This document shows, piece after piece, positions 1-11,340 of a stretch of 64,000 nucleotides of DNA. The notes below the pieces were generated by a model. The model did not search any database and was not told the DNA's origin. It saw only the letters and a program-made list of their open reading frames with translations. The translations under genes were made by a program, and so were the position numbers. Position 1 is the stretch's first letter. Each line of letters starts with the position of its first letter. Source of the stretch: Alphaproteobacteria bacterium (GTDB lineage Bacteria > Pseudomonadota > Alphaproteobacteria > RF32 > CAG-239); NCBI GenBank assembly GCA_015062305.1, contig SUUX01000003.1:74160-138159 (forward strand), given 5' to 3'.

Positions 1-590
1 GTATACTCTATTTTGATATTAGACAATTCTACACCGGTGCCAGTGAATTTGAGCAAATTGTCGCCACCACTATAACTTATTTTATTTCCGTTACCATTTA
101 TGATAATATCACTCTCACTAATCTCTAAAGGAGCGTCTAGCACCAAATCTTCGGCAAGAACCAATTTGGTTGCGCCATTGGTTATCATTTGTTTGATATC
201 ATCAGCACTGGCTCCGGCAGAGATAACCTCATAACCATCATCAATAAGATCTTGCAATTTGTCTTCTTTGGACAAAGAATTTCCACTTTCATCAAGAACT
301 TGAGTAGCTACCGCTTTGGCTTGTTCCAAAAAAGAGGTGGCGGTTTCAATTGCGGTGGTGGCGGCTTTGATGGTCTGAATCCCTTGCCCCATAGAGTCAA
401 GCAGGGCATCGAGGTCATTGGCTCGGTTGTTCAAAGAACGTGCTGTATAAAAAGAAGAGGGATTGTCGATGGCAGAATTGACCTTTTTGCCGGTGGACAG
501 ACGTTCTTGGGTCAAATCCATCAGGCTATTGGTCTTTTGCAAACTCAGCAAATTGCTGCGCATGCTTGCTGTCAAACTTATATTCGCCAT
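1..590 (-). CDS. Flagellin/FlgL-family protein with a flagellin N-terminal helical domain; partial, C-terminus lies beyond the window start
   Basis: Reverse-strand translation starts MANISLTASMRSNLLSLQKTNSLMDLTQERLSTGKKVNSAIDNPSSFYTARSLNNRANDLDALL, which fits the flagellin_N pattern (R.S.G.+.NSA.DN). GAGGAA RBS lies 7 nt upstream of the ATG at 590. The supplied + strand ORF 189..686 is its antisense shadow. Confidence 0.5.
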   Translation of the reverse strand, partial: MANISLTASMRSNLLSLQKTNSLMDLTQERLSTGKKVNSAIDNPSSFYTARSLNNRANDLDALLDSMGQGIQTIKAATTAIETATSFLEQAKAVATQVLDESGNSLSKEDKLQDLIDDGYEVISAGASADDIKQMITNGATKLVLAEDLVLDAPLEISESDIIINGNGNKISYSGGDNLLKFTGTGVELSNIKIEY

Positions 591-744
591 CAATATTTCC
601 TCAAAACAAAATACCTAATTATTTTGTACACTATATGCGATTACAAACAAACATCTTTTGAACCTCTGTGGATAAGATATTGTTGATACAAAAACTGTCC
701 GTAAAAATACGGACAGTTTAATAAGGTGTTTTTGTTTTGAAAAA

Positions 745-1203
745 TTAGTTGTATGGAATTACACGAGCTTGTTTTCCATATATAACAAGACAACGTTGTC
801 CGGGTTGGATGTATACATCATTGCCTTGTACAACAGTGGCCATGGTGCCATTGTCCATACGAACAACATATTCATAGCCAGTTTGTTTTGATAGTTGTGC
901 TTGGGTTGCATCTCCGGCAATACCACCAATTACGGCACCGCCGATTGCTCCTAAGATGTGAGCAGTGTTGTCTCCGCCAATGGCAGAGCCGGCAACACCT
1001 CCGGCAGCAGCACCAAGAAGAGTGCCGGCGTTGTTGTCATTGCTTTTTACGGTTACGGGGCGCAAACTAACAACGGTGCAGGCCTGGGTGGCGCTAACAC
1101 GATTGGCGCTAGAAGCGTAGTAATCATTGGCGCCAATATCTGCAGTGCAGGCATTGAGAGAAATCATTAAAGGCAGAGCCATAAGAGATACATATTTTTT
1201 CAT
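745..1203 (-). CDS. Glycine-zipper outer-membrane lipoprotein (17-kDa surface-antigen-like)
   Basis: The internal Met of the long track ORF has an AAAGGA RBS. Lipobox LNAC follows the signal MKKYVSLMALPLMISLNAC. A Gly-zipper stretch follows: GAAAGGVAGSAIGG...GAIGGAVIGGIAG. Confidence 0.6.
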   Translation of the reverse strand: MKKYVSLMALPLMISLNACTADIGANDYYASSANRVSATQACTVVSLRPVTVKSNDNNAGTLLGAAAGGVAGSAIGGDNTAHILGAIGGAVIGGIAGDATQAQLSKQTGYEYVVRMDNGTMATVVQGNDVYIQPGQRCLVIYGKQARVIPYN

Positions 1204-1347
1204 GTTGGTTCCTTTCATAAAAACTATTTCTAATCTAATCTGTAGAATAGTATTTGTCAATGCTGGACATTTGAGTAAAACTATAATATAGTGCGCTAAA
1301 TTGTTGTTAGGAATCTGAATATATGAAGTTTTAAGGATAGAATAAAA

Positions 1348-2736
1348 ATGATAAAAAGAACAAAAATTGCGAATTTGTTGATGGCAGAACAACCTATTGA
1401 TGAGGTATTGGTTAAAGGTTGGGTTAGAACCAGACGTGATGCTAAGGATTTTTCTTTTGTGGAGTTGAATGATGGTTCTTCTTTGAAAAATATTCAGGTG
1501 ATTGCTAATGGTAATTTGACTAATTATGAAGAAGTAAAAAAGTTGACAACAGGATCTTCGGTGGCAGTTAAAGGTGCTTTGGTTGCTTCTCAGGGAGGAA
1601 ACCAAAAGTTTGAAATATTGGCAAACGAAGTAGAAATTTATGGATTGGCACCAGAAGATTTTCCGTTGCAAAAAAAGAAACATACTGATGAATATTTGCG
1701 CACAATTGCTCATTTGCGTCCGAGAACAAATAAGTATGGTGCTGCGTTTAGAGTGCGTTCGGAATTGTCTTATGCAATTCATAAATTTTTTAATGAGCGT
1801 GGTTTTAGATATGTGCATACACCTATTATTACGGCTTCTGATTGCGAAGGTGCCGGAGAAATGTTTCAGGTGACAACCTTAGATATAAATAATCCGCCCA
1901 GAACAGAAGATGGAAAAATTGATTATTCTCAAGATTTTTTTGGAAAAGAAGCAAGATTGACCGTTTCGGGACAATTAAATGGTGAGATGTATGCTTGTGC
2001 CTTGGGTGATATATATACTTTTGGGCCAACTTTTAGGGCCGAAAATTCTAATACAACCCGACATGCTGCAGAATTTTGGATGATTGAGCCGGAGATGGCT
2101 TTTGCTGATATTCATGATGATATGGATTTGGCTGAAGATATGGTTAAATTCTGCATAGCTCATGTGATGGAAAAATGTGCAGATGATTTGGCTTTGTTTG
2201 ATAAGTATGTGGAGCCTGGATTGTTGAATAAGTTGCACAATGTGTTGGATAATGGTTTTGCCAGAATTACTTATGCCGAAGCTATTGATATTATGCAGAA
2301 ATCTGGACATAAGTTTGAATATAAGCCAGAGTTTGGTATTGATATGCAGACCGAACACGAGCGGTTTTTGGCAGAACAGCATTTTAAACGCCCGGTTATT
2401 GTTAGGGATTATCCGAAAGAAATTAAGGCTTTTTATATGAAACTCAATGAAGATGGCAGAACTGTTGCCGCAATGGATGTTTTGGTGCCGGGAATCGGGG
2501 AGTTGATAGGCGGATCTCAAAGAGAAGAGCGCTATGATGTGTTGGTGGAGCGTATTAGAGAAAACGGTATGCATGAAGAAGATTATAGTTGGTATTTGGA
2601 TTCTCGTCGCTATGGTACAGTGCCTCATGCCGGTTTTGGGTTGGGTTTTGAGCGTATGATGATGTTTGTAACCGGAATTGCCAATATTAGAGATGTGTTG
2701 CCGTTCCCAAGAACTCCGAAGTCTGTTAATTTTTAG
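1348..2736 (+). CDS. asnS: Asparaginyl-tRNA synthetase (class IIb)
   Basis: 462 aa with an N-terminal OB fold. Class II motifs FRAE and [16 protein letters not shown] are present. The size fits AsnRS rather than the 586-aa AspRS also found in this window. Confidence 0.9.
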   Translation: MIKRTKIANLLMAEQPIDEVLVKGWVRTRRDAKDFSFVELNDGSSLKNIQVIANGNLTNYEEVKKLTTGSSVAVKGALVASQGGNQKFEILANEVEIYGLAPEDFPLQKKKHTDEYLRTIAHLRPRTNKYGAAFRVRSELSYAIHKFFNERGFRYVHTPIITASDCEGAGEMFQVTTLDINNPPRTEDGKIDYSQDFFGKEARLTVSGQLNGEMYACALGDIYTFGPTFRAENSNTTRHAAEFWMIEPEMAFADIHDDMDLAEDMVKFCIAHVMEKCADDLALFDKYVEPGLLNKLHNVLDNGFARITYAEAIDIMQKSGHKFEYKPEFGIDMQTEHERFLAEQHFKRPVIVRDYPKEIKAFYMKLNEDGRTVAAMDVLVPGIGELIGGSQREERYDVLVERIRENGMHEEDYSWYLDSRRYGTVPHAGFGLGFERMMMFVTGIANIRDVLPFPRTPKSVNF

Positions 2737-2745
2737 GAGGCGATT

Positions 2746-3279
2746 ATGCGAAGTGTCGGATTGTGTGTGCTGGGAGTGTTGATGGCTTTTTCGGCATGGG
2801 CAAGTGATAACACTATTGCAGAAAAAGAATATGATGATTTTGGAGTGCCTACAGAGGTGATAAGGGTTGTTGAGCCTAAGAGAGAGGCAGAGAACTCTGA
2901 GGTGCTGTTTCCGAGTTGTAGTGATGTTGAGTTGCTGAAACAAGTGCGTGCTATTCTTGATGAAGGTGGTAATAGTGGAATAAATGAAAATTTGGTGGCC
3001 AAAAGAGCGAGGTTGTTGGCGCTGAAAAATGTAGATAAGTTTGAATCTGTGGAGGTGGATTCTTTTCGCCCCGATATGAACTATGATGTTGCCAATATTT
3101 TGGTATCTTCTAAAATTAATGATGGTTTGGTGAATTCTGATTTTGCAATCTGTGTTGCCGACAATGCTGTGCTGGATAGAAAAATTTATTTGGTGATGAA
3201 ACGTAAAGAAGACAAAATATCGGTTTTGATTGTGAATTATAAAAGAGGTATGATTCCTAGTTTTGTTTATGAAAACTGA
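2746..3279 (+). CDS. Hypothetical secreted protein
   Basis: Signal peptide MRSVGLCVLGVLMAFSAWA. The ORF begins 10 nt after the asnS stop and has a GGAGG RBS. I recognise no motif. Confidence 0.5.
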   Translation: MRSVGLCVLGVLMAFSAWASDNTIAEKEYDDFGVPTEVIRVVEPKREAENSEVLFPSCSDVELLKQVRAILDEGGNSGINENLVAKRARLLALKNVDKFESVEVDSFRPDMNYDVANILVSSKINDGLVNSDFAICVADNAVLDRKIYLVMKRKEDKISVLIVNYKRGMIPSFVYEN

Positions 3280-3403
3280 TAAAAGTATCTTGATTTTTAT
3301 GATAAAAAATTATAGTATCAATCTCTGCTCGTTGCTTGATAAATGTTTTTGAGTGTTTATATAAGAATTTGTTGATGAGCATTGGAAGGAAAAGGCAAAT
3401 ACT

Positions 3404-4300
3404 ATGAGTGTTGGTTCCGGATTGATTGTGAGAACGTCTGCAGCTTTGCCCGCAGTGGTGGGTGAGGGCAGTTTGGTTTATTATTTGGAACAAATTAAGA
3501 AATTTCCGGTATTGAGTGAAGAACAAGAAAAAGATTTGGTTGTTGATTTCCAGCAAAATGGAAATATGAACGCTGCACAAATTTTGGTTACTTCTCACTT
3601 GCGTTTGGCTGCTAAGGTGGCTTTTTCATATCGTAGGTATGGTTTGCCGTTGGCTGATATTATATCTGAGGCTAACATAGGTTTGATGCAGGCAGTGAAA
3701 AAGTTTGATTTGAGCAAAAAAGTTCGTTTGGCCACCTATGCTTTGTGGTGGATTAAGGCTTCTATTAATGATTATGTATTGCGTTCTTGGTCTTTGGTTA
3801 AGATTGGAACTAAGGCTGCACAGAAAAAACTGTTTTATAATTTGGCAAAGATTAAATCTAAATTGGGTTTGTATGAAAACAAAGAGCTTGAACCCGAAGT
3901 GGTTAAGACTATTGCTCAGGAATTGGTTGTTGATGAAACTGATGTTAGAGAGATGAATGGTCGCCTTGGCGGGGATAAATCGTTGAATGTTTGTGTGGCT
4001 GATGATGATGAGGGTGAAAAAATAGATTTTTTGGTTGATAAGAGCCAAAATATTGAGGAATCTTTGGCCCGCAAACAAGAAGCTTCTTATAAGGCTAAAG
4101 TGTTGCAAAATTGTTTGATGCAACTTAGTGATAGAGAACAAAGTATTGTTCGAAACAGAATGTTGACAGATGCTCCGTTGACGCTTGAGGAATTGGGGCA
4201 GAAGTTTGGGGTGAGTCGAGAAAGAATCCGTCAGATAGAAAAAGTGGCTTTCGATAAATTAAAATCGATGGTTTTGCTTGCAATTGATGCAAAAAAGTGA
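3404..4300 (+). CDS. rpoH: RNA polymerase sigma-32 (heat-shock sigma factor)
   Basis: Sigma-70 region 2 (ANIGLMQAVKKFD, YALWWIKASI), the RpoH-box-like QKKLFYNLAKIK, and a region 4 HTH (LEELGQKFGVSRERIRQIE). Confidence 0.85.
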   Translation: MSVGSGLIVRTSAALPAVVGEGSLVYYLEQIKKFPVLSEEQEKDLVVDFQQNGNMNAAQILVTSHLRLAAKVAFSYRRYGLPLADIISEANIGLMQAVKKFDLSKKVRLATYALWWIKASINDYVLRSWSLVKIGTKAAQKKLFYNLAKIKSKLGLYENKELEPEVVKTIAQELVVDETDVREMNGRLGGDKSLNVCVADDDEGEKIDFLVDKSQNIEESLARKQEASYKAKVLQNCLMQLSDREQSIVRNRMLTDAPLTLEELGQKFGVSRERIRQIEKVAFDKLKSMVLLAIDAKK

Positions 4301-4542
4301 TATGATGGCAAAAATGACGGAGAATAGAATATCTGATACTACTAATAATGCGCAATCTCATCCTGCTAATTCTGTAGAAAATGGAAGCAGCTATTTTAGT
4401 GTGGACAATTTTATAGATAGAATGAATAAGAGAATAGCTAAGGTTAAAAAAATAGTAATGGCTAATGATGGTGTTGTCGGAAATACTAATGCCGTTGAAA
4501 ATAGTCGTGTGTAAGAGTTTGTCTCTTTGTTGATTTTGGGTA

Positions 4543-5400
4543 ATGAAAAAATCTTTTAAAGAAATTGAGCGAAGTTCTCGCAATGTTTTGTCTGAGGCAG
4601 GTGTTGAGGTGTCTGCTTTTGAGATAAAGTTGTTGTTGGCTGATGTTTTGGGAGTGGAACCAGCGCAGATTGGCTATGGTGAGATTTTGTTGAATGCGGA
4701 ACAGATTGAAAAATTTGAAACTATGTTAGAAGCCAGAAAAAAAAATAAGCCGGTTGATAAGATTTTGGGACATAAAGGGTTTTATAAATATGATTTTTGT
4801 ACGTCTGAAGATGTGCTTTCTCCAAGGTCGGATACTGAAATATTGGTGGAAGAAGCTTTGGCGTTGATTGCTCAGAATGCGTATTTGAATGTTTTGGAAC
4901 TGGGAGTGGGTTCCGGCTGTGTTATTGTTTCTTTGTTGGCTGATATTTCAGAGTTGCAAGGTGTGGGAGTTGATGTTTCTGCAGGGGCTTTGCAGGTTGC
5001 TGATGAAAATGCTCGTAGGTTGGGGGTTGGTGAAAGACTGATTTTGAAGCAAGCGAGTTGGAATGATGCAGATTTTGTGCAAAGGATAGGTAAGAGGTTT
5101 GATTTAATTGTCTCGAATCCTCCGTATATTGCAACCAAAGAGATTGAGGAATTAGATGCGGAAGTGAAAAACTATGATCCGCTGTTGGCTCTTGATGGTG
5201 GAGATGACGGTTTGCATTGTTATCGACAAATAGCAAAAGTGATTCCGTTTCTGCTAAAACAAGGAGGATATTTGTTGGTGGAGATAGGTGAAGGACAGGC
5301 TGCGGATGTCTGTGGTATATTTGAAAAATATGGGTTGCAAACTAATAAAATTATTAAGGATTTGTCTGGAATCGAAAGATGTATAAGTCTGAAAAAATAG
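4543..5400 (+). CDS. prmC: Release-factor glutamine N5-methyltransferase
   Basis: NPPY catalytic motif (VSNPPYI). SAM-binding motif LELGVGSGCV. 285 aa. Confidence 0.85.
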   Translation: MKKSFKEIERSSRNVLSEAGVEVSAFEIKLLLADVLGVEPAQIGYGEILLNAEQIEKFETMLEARKKNKPVDKILGHKGFYKYDFCTSEDVLSPRSDTEILVEEALALIAQNAYLNVLELGVGSGCVIVSLLADISELQGVGVDVSAGALQVADENARRLGVGERLILKQASWNDADFVQRIGKRFDLIVSNPPYIATKEIEELDAEVKNYDPLLALDGGDDGLHCYRQIAKVIPFLLKQGGYLLVEIGEGQAADVCGIFEKYGLQTNKIIKDLSGIERCISLKK

Positions 5401-5542
5401 GTTGCAATTAGAGAATTATTATGTATTATTGAATTTGTTAGGGTGTCTGATGTTTGAAGTTGTTTGACACCATTTGTTTCAGCAATGTAATTTGTTTTTT
5501 AATCGCTCCTTGTTTGGGGGCAAATGTTTGTGGTAAAAATTT

Positions 5543-6055
5543 ATGAAAAAAAATACAAAATATCGTTCTAATAATCATAATAGTAATAATCAATTTTATT
5601 CTCTTAATTATAAATTTGATAGTGTGAGTCCGGCAGGAAAATGTAGTGGTACAGCCTTGGATTTGATTAAGCGTTATAATGAATTGGCTAAAGAAGCTCA
5701 AGGAAATGCTGATTATGTGGAAGCTGAGTGTTTTAGGCAATATGCTGAGCATTATCGTAAGATTGTAACAGAAATAAATGAGCGAAAAAGTCAAAGATTT
5801 GGTCAGAACTCTAGAGAAGAAATAAAGGAAAATGTTGATGCGCAGGTGAATGAAGAACCTGTTGCTGTTGAGGTTGAGGTGAAACCCGTTGTAGAGAATG
5901 ATGTTGAAAAACAAGAAGAAAAAATTGTTTCTAAGCGTTCTTTTAAGGTGATTGAAGTGAACGCTGCAGATGCTGAGAAGCCGGTATCTGAGGTTGTGCG
6001 TCCTAGAAGAGGTAGAATACCTAAAAAACTAAAAGAAGAAAGTGTTGCTTTGTAA
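5543..6055 (+). CDS. Hypothetical protein (DUF4167-like); N-rich N-terminus and K/E-rich C-terminus
   Basis: The core CSGTALDLIKRYNELAKEAQGNADYVEAECFRQYAEHYRKI resembles the alphaproteobacterial DUF4167 protein that commonly sits between hemK and clpB. Confidence 0.5.
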   Translation: MKKNTKYRSNNHNSNNQFYSLNYKFDSVSPAGKCSGTALDLIKRYNELAKEAQGNADYVEAECFRQYAEHYRKIVTEINERKSQRFGQNSREEIKENVDAQVNEEPVAVEVEVKPVVENDVEKQEEKIVSKRSFKVIEVNAADAEKPVSEVVRPRRGRIPKKLKEESVAL

Positions 6056-6081
6056 CACCTTTTGTTGAAAAGGAAGAAGAA

Positions 6082-7230
6082 TTGTTTTTTGTTGCTTATG
6101 TGATTGTTGCTTTAGCTTGCGCCGCTATAACAATAAAGACTTTGGTTGGTTATAGTACGGTTAGTCGTGTTAACAAAATTACAATTTCTTTATTAATATT
6201 GTTTTCTTGGTTGTCTCCATTAATTTTTGGATGGCTGAAGCATTTGCCGTTGATGAATTCTAAGCTATATTCTGTGTTGTCTTTTGTTGGATATGCAACA
6301 TTTGGATTTTTCTTTTTGGTGTTTATTTTGTTATTGATGCGCGATGTTGTTTGGTATGCAATATATGGAATTGCCAAAAGTATGGGTTTTGATAGTTGGT
6401 CTCTGAATCCTAAAAATATTAGTGTTTTGAGCTTTGCAAACAGAATCGTCTTGTTAATGGCCTTGTTTTTGACAGGGTGTGCTTTGCACGAAGGAACAAA
6501 ATTTCCGGAGTTTAACGAAATAGATATTACTCATAAGGATTTACGAAATAACTACAGAGTTATTCAATTGTCTGATTTGCATATAGATAGAAGTACACCT
6601 GTTAGCAAAATATATAAGCTTGTGGAAACTACTAATAATTTGGGAGCTGATGCGATATTTTTGACAGGAGATATTATTGATGATGATTTGGGTAGTATTA
6701 GTGAGCAATTGGAAGCGCTGAAGCATCTGCAAGCGCCCTTGGGAGTCTATGTTTCTATCGGAAATCATGAATTATACAATGGTTTAAATACATGGTTGTA
6801 TAAGTATGAACAAATGGGATTTAAAGTGTTACTGAATAAAGGTGTTAGGTTAGCCGATGATTTGTATGTAGGAGGTGTGCCTGATGCGTTTACAGCTAAT
6901 TCTAATCCGCAGTTAAATGTTAATTTTATGAAAACATTAGATGGAAGTGAGCGGGATCAATATAGAATTTTGCTTTCACATAATCCGGAGTTGGTGAATT
7001 CTATTAGTGCTTTTAATTTTCAGTTGATGTTGTCGGGTCATACACATGGGGGGCAGATTTTCCCTTTTCATATTTTTGTGAAAAAGGCCAATGAATATTT
7101 AAGTGGCGATTATATGGTTAACGGAATTCATTTGCATGTTTCTAATGGTGTGGGAACATGGGGGCCGACAATGAGATTGTTTGCGCCTTCCGAAATAACA
7201 ATTATAAATTTGCTAAAAAAAACTAATTAA
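6082..7230 (+). CDS. Membrane-anchored metallophosphoesterase (calcineurin-like)
   Basis: N-terminal TM helices are followed by the motifs DLHID, GDIIDDD, GNHE and SGHTHGGQ. Confidence 0.7.
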   Translation: MFFVAYVIVALACAAITIKTLVGYSTVSRVNKITISLLILFSWLSPLIFGWLKHLPLMNSKLYSVLSFVGYATFGFFFLVFILLLMRDVVWYAIYGIAKSMGFDSWSLNPKNISVLSFANRIVLLMALFLTGCALHEGTKFPEFNEIDITHKDLRNNYRVIQLSDLHIDRSTPVSKIYKLVETTNNLGADAIFLTGDIIDDDLGSISEQLEALKHLQAPLGVYVSIGNHELYNGLNTWLYKYEQMGFKVLLNKGVRLADDLYVGGVPDAFTANSNPQLNVNFMKTLDGSERDQYRILLSHNPELVNSISAFNFQLMLSGHTHGGQIFPFHIFVKKANEYLSGDYMVNGIHLHVSNGVGTWGPTMRLFAPSEITIINLLKKTN

Positions 7231-7288
7231 AAGCTTGATTTGTTATTATCCCAGTTCTTATATTATTGGTATAGGAAAGGGGATTGCC

Positions 7289-9883
7289 ATGGATTTTGAA
7301 AAGCTTACAACCAGATCTAAAGAAGTTATCGAAAATGTTATAAAACTAGCAGCGGCTCGTAAAAATCAATATATTACTCCGTTACATTTGTTGAAAGTTT
7401 TACTTGAGGGTAAAAATACAGTCATACATCAGATTTTGCTGCAATCCGGTGGTGATATTGTTCAAATAAAAAATAAATTAGAAGAAGCGATGGAAAGATT
7501 GCCACAAGTGGCAGGTGCAGCGGTTCAGAGCTTGATGAGCCAAGAGTTTACGACTGTAATGATGGCGGCAGAAAAATTAGCTTTGGAAGCTAATGATAAG
7601 TTTGTAACGATAGAAAGACTTTTGCAAGCGTTGATTGTTACTTCTGGCAATGAGGCTTATGATATATTGTCTTCATCTGGTGTTGATGCGGTTAAGATGA
7701 ACCAGTCTATAAATGGATATAGAAAAGGAAGATTGGCAGATACGGAAAATGCAGAAGATAGTTTTGAAGCTCTTAAAAAATTTACAATTGATATAACGCT
7801 GAAAGCAAGAGAGGGAAAATTAGACCCAGTAATTGGAAGAGAAGCTGAAATAAGGCGCACTATTCAGGTATTGTCTAGGCGGACAAAAAATAATCCGGTA
7901 TTAATTGGTGAGCCAGGAGTAGGTAAAACAGCAATTGTTGAAGGATTGGCTAAGCGGATTGTTGATAACGATGTACCTGAAAGCTTAAAAGAAAAGAGAT
8001 TGTTATCTTTGGATTTGGGAGCTTTAATTGCTGGCGCCAAATTTAGAGGTGAGTTTGAAGAGCGTTTGAAGGCGGTGCTTAAGGATGTTGAGGCATCGGA
8101 GGGTAATATCATCTTGTTTATTGATGAAATGCATACTTTAGTAGGAGCAGGGGCTTCTGAAGGATCTATGGATGCATCTAACTTGTTGAAACCAGCATTG
8201 GCAAGAGGGGAGCTGCATTGTTTGGGAGCAACAACGCTTAATGAATATAAGAAATATGTGGAAAAAGATGCTGCGCTGGCAAGAAGATTTCAGGCTGTAT
8301 ATGTCGGAGAGCCAGACGTTGAAGAGACAATATCCATTTTGAGAGGAATCAAAGAGAAGTTTGAATTGCATCATGGGGTGAAAATTTCTGATGGTGCATT
8401 GATTGCTGCGGCCACTTTGTCGAATCGGTATATAAGTGATAGATTTTTGCCAGATAAAGCAATCGATTTGATGGATGAGGCTGCAAGTTCTTTGAGAATG
8501 GCAATTGATTCTAAGCCAGAAGAACTGGATGAATTGGATAGACGAATTTTGCAATTGAGGATTGAGCTTGAGGCAATAAAAAAAGAAAATGACGAAAAGT
8601 CTAAAGAAAGAGCGGAGCTTATATCTTATGAAATATCCGGTCTTGAAGCCAAAGCTAAGGTTTTGGAAGATAAATGGCTTAGTGAAAAACAAGGTTTGGC
8701 CGATTTTACAATATTGAAGGAGCAACTTGATAAGGCAAGAATAGAAGTTGAGATAGCCAAGAGAGAAGGAAAGTTTGAGCGAGCAGGAGAGTTGCAATAT
8801 AGTGTGATTCCGAGTTTGGAAAAACAAATAGAAAAAGTAGAGGAAGAAACAAGTCAGAATAAAAATAGTTTCTCAGAAACAGTGACAGATGAAAATATTG
8901 CGGCAGTTGTTTCAAAGTGGACGGGGATTCCTGTTGATAAAATGCTAGAAGGTGAAAAAGAAAAGCTGGTGCATATGGAAGATTTTTTGGCAAAGCGTGT
9001 TATTGGTCAGAAAGAAGCAATTACAGCTGTTGCCAATGCTGTGCGTAGATCTAGAGCTGGAATCTCTGATGCCAGACAACCAATAGGGTCTTTTCTGTTT
9101 TTGGGGCCGACGGGGGTTGGTAAGACAGAATTAAGCAAAGCTTTGGCGGAGTTTTTGTTTAATGATGAGACTGCCTTGCTTAGGGTTGATATGTCTGAGT
9201 ATATGGAGAAACACGCTGTTGCAAGATTGATTGGTGCGCCTCCGGGGTATGTTGGTTATGATGAGGGCGGTTTTTTGACCGAAGCAGTCAGACGCAGACC
9301 ATATCAAGTGATATTGTTGGATGAAGTGGAAAAAGCTCATCCTGATGTGTTTAATGTTTTGTTGCAGGTGTTGGATGATGGGCGTTTAACCGATGGTAAA
9401 GGAAGAACTGTTGATTTTAAAAATACAATGATAATAATGACTTCAAATTTGGGATCGGAGATTTTATCTACAGCAACCGGAGCCGATGATGGCAAAAAAA
9501 TAAGAGCAAGGGTTATGGATATGGTAAAGTCTGCTTTTAGGCCAGAGTTTATTAATCGTATTGATGAAATTACTATCTTTCATAAATTGGATAAGGCAAA
9601 TATTAAGGATATTGCAAAAATACAAATTGCTAATATTGAAAAAAGGTTGGCAGATAGAAATATTCATTTACGGGTTAATGATACAGCGTTTATTTGGATT
9701 GTTAATAATGGATATGATCCGATATATGGAGCAAGACCGCTGAAACGATTGCTGAAAAATCAGATAGAAAATAAATTAGCTTTAAAAATATTGGAGGGAG
9801 AAATAGGAGACAATGATGTGGCTGATGTTATTGTCGGAAACAATGGTTTGGAAATTGTCCGCCACAGAAAAGCAGATAAATAA
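7289..9883 (+). CDS. clpB: Chaperone ClpB (AAA+ disaggregase)
   Basis: Two Walker A sites ([16 protein letters not shown]), the coiled-coil middle domain and the Clp N domain. The likely start is the internal Met (MDFEKL) with a GGAAAGGGG RBS; the track ORF begins 18 codons earlier. Confidence 0.92.
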   Translation: MDFEKLTTRSKEVIENVIKLAAARKNQYITPLHLLKVLLEGKNTVIHQILLQSGGDIVQIKNKLEEAMERLPQVAGAAVQSLMSQEFTTVMMAAEKLALEANDKFVTIERLLQALIVTSGNEAYDILSSSGVDAVKMNQSINGYRKGRLADTENAEDSFEALKKFTIDITLKAREGKLDPVIGREAEIRRTIQVLSRRTKNNPVLIGEPGVGKTAIVEGLAKRIVDNDVPESLKEKRLLSLDLGALIAGAKFRGEFEERLKAVLKDVEASEGNIILFIDEMHTLVGAGASEGSMDASNLLKPALARGELHCLGATTLNEYKKYVEKDAALARRFQAVYVGEPDVEETISILRGIKEKFELHHGVKISDGALIAAATLSNRYISDRFLPDKAIDLMDEAASSLRMAIDSKPEELDELDRRILQLRIELEAIKKENDEKSKERAELISYEISGLEAKAKVLEDKWLSEKQGLADFTILKEQLDKARIEVEIAKREGKFERAGELQYSVIPSLEKQIEKVEEETSQNKNSFSETVTDENIAAVVSKWTGIPVDKMLEGEKEKLVHMEDFLAKRVIGQKEAITAVANAVRRSRAGISDARQPIGSFLFLGPTGVGKTELSKALAEFLFNDETALLRVDMSEYMEKHAVARLIGAPPGYVGYDEGGFLTEAVRRRPYQVILLDEVEKAHPDVFNVLLQVLDDGRLTDGKGRTVDFKNTMIIMTSNLGSEILSTATGADDGKKIRARVMDMVKSAFRPEFINRIDEITIFHKLDKANIKDIAKIQIANIEKRLADRNIHLRVNDTAFIWIVNNGYDPIYGARPLKRLLKNQIENKLALKILEGEIGDNDVADVIVGNNGLEIVRHRKADK

Positions 9884-9900
9884 TTGATGTTATAAATAAA

Positions 9901-9957
9901 GAAAAGCTCTTTAGTGGATCTTAATTTTTGAGATTCATAAATAAGAGCTTTTTTATT
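9901..9957 (+). terminator. Possible clpB terminator (long-loop hairpin followed by a T-run)
   Basis: aaagctctt pairs with aagagcttt and is followed by ttttatt. The loop is long, so this is weak. Confidence 0.35.
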
Positions 9958-10043
9958 AGATATGCAATAAAAGATAAATAATTAATGACAAATCAATTAA
10001 AATTGATAATATTGATAAAAATTAATATTTAAAAGGGTGTTCT

Positions 10044-10754
10044 ATGAAGCCTGTTTATAAGCGTATTTTATTAAAGCTCTCCGGTGAAGGATTGATGGGC
10101 GAGCTTAGTTTTGGAATGTCTGCTGAAGTTATTCAGAGTTTGGCAAAACAAATTAAAAAGGTTCACGACAGCGGCGTTGAAGTGTGTATCGTTGTTGGTG
10201 GCGGAAATATTTTTAGAGGAGCTAAAGAAGCTTCTAAGGGAATGAATCGTACTGTTGCGGATCAGGTTGGAATGCTGGCAACAGTTATGAATGCTTTGTA
10301 TATTCAGAATGCGTTGGAAAGTATTGGGACACAAACTAGAGTTCTTTCTGGATTGAGTATTCCGCAGGTGTGTGAAAACTATATGTATCGTAGAGCTTTG
10401 AGACACCTGGAAAAAGGAAGAGTTATAATATTTGCAGGTGGAACCGGAAACCCTTATTTTACTACAGATACCGGAGCTGCGTTGCGTGCATCGGAAATGC
10501 AATGTGATGCTTTGTTGAAGGCAACTCAGGTGAATGGAGTGTATGATGACGACCCTAGAAAAAATGATAAGGCAAAAAAATATGATGTCGTTAGTTATGA
10601 TGATGTGATTAAGAATAGTTTGGCTGTTATGGATTTGACAGCAGTTGCGTTAGCCAAGGAAAATAATATTCCTATAGTGGTTTTTTCTCAGCATGGAAAA
10701 AATGCATTGGAAGATGCCGTTTGTGGCAAAGGTGAGTTTACAATAATTAAATAA
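10044..10754 (+). CDS. pyrH: UMP kinase
   Basis: KRILLKLSGE and VVGGGNIFRG motifs. 236 aa. Confidence 0.92.
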   Translation: MKPVYKRILLKLSGEGLMGELSFGMSAEVIQSLAKQIKKVHDSGVEVCIVVGGGNIFRGAKEASKGMNRTVADQVGMLATVMNALYIQNALESIGTQTRVLSGLSIPQVCENYMYRRALRHLEKGRVIIFAGGTGNPYFTTDTGAALRASEMQCDALLKATQVNGVYDDDPRKNDKAKKYDVVSYDDVIKNSLAVMDLTAVALAKENNIPIVVFSQHGKNALEDAVCGKGEFTIIK

Positions 10755-10763
10755 GAGGTAGTT

Positions 10764-11327
10764 ATGTCAGAATTTAATGCGATTAAAGCGGATGCTCAGA
10801 TAAGAATGGATAAGACAATCGAATCTTTTAAGGCAGACTTGGGAGGTTTGAGAGCAGGGAGAGCTCATGTTAGTTTGTTGGATGGAATTATGGTCGAGGC
10901 TTATGGCTCTATGACACCATTATCTCAAGTGGGTACAATTTCTGTTCCTGATGCTCGTACTCTTTCTGTTAGTGTTTGGGATAGGGGTTTGGCAAAGAGT
11001 GTAGAAAAAGCGATTATGGAATCTGATTTGGGTTTGAATCCAGCTTCGGACGGCCAATTGATTCGTATTCCAATTCCTCCACTATCTGAAGAACGCAGAA
11101 AGGAATTGTTAAAAGTTGCCGGTAAGTATGCTGAAAATAACAAGGTTGCTGTCAGAAATATTCGTAGAGATGCTCTTGATGGTGTGAAAAAGCTGAAAAA
11201 AGATGGTCTGATTTCTGAGGATGATGAAAAACGTTTTGAAAATGAAATTCAAAAATTAACAGATGATGCTGTTAAGAAAATTGAAGAAATGATGATTCAA
11301 AAAGAAAAAGATATTATGCAAGTGTAG
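10764..11327 (+). CDS. frr: Ribosome recycling factor
   Basis: 187 aa with typical RRF sequence (LRAGRAHVSLLDGI...VRNIRRDA). Confidence 0.92.
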   Translation: MSEFNAIKADAQIRMDKTIESFKADLGGLRAGRAHVSLLDGIMVEAYGSMTPLSQVGTISVPDARTLSVSVWDRGLAKSVEKAIMESDLGLNPASDGQLIRIPIPPLSEERRKELLKVAGKYAENNKVAVRNIRRDALDGVKKLKKDGLISEDDEKRFENEIQKLTDDAVKKIEEMMIQKEKDIMQV

Positions 11328-11340
11328 AAGGCACAAAGAA

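Noticed and set aside
189-686. 165-aa + strand ORF at the window start
   Set aside because: It lies entirely antisense to a much better minus-strand flagellin-domain gene, which has an RBS and a recognisable family. Its composition is shadow-ORF-like.
745-1818. 357-aa minus-strand ORF overlapping asnS
   Set aside because: Only the last 152 codons (1203 down to 745) form a plausible lipoprotein gene with an RBS. The upstream 200 codons are low-complexity and antisense to asnS.
4278-4514. 78-aa ORF overlapping the rpoH 3' end
   Set aside because: Weak RBS, low-complexity N/S-rich product, and overlap with rpoH. More likely part of the rpoH-prmC intergenic region; kept only as a low-probability small protein.
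8138-8827. 229-aa minus-strand ORF inside clpB (and similar antisense ORFs within bamA, tilS, aspS)
   Set aside because: Fully contained antisense to well-supported conserved genes, with F/L/S-rich shadow composition and no independent signals.
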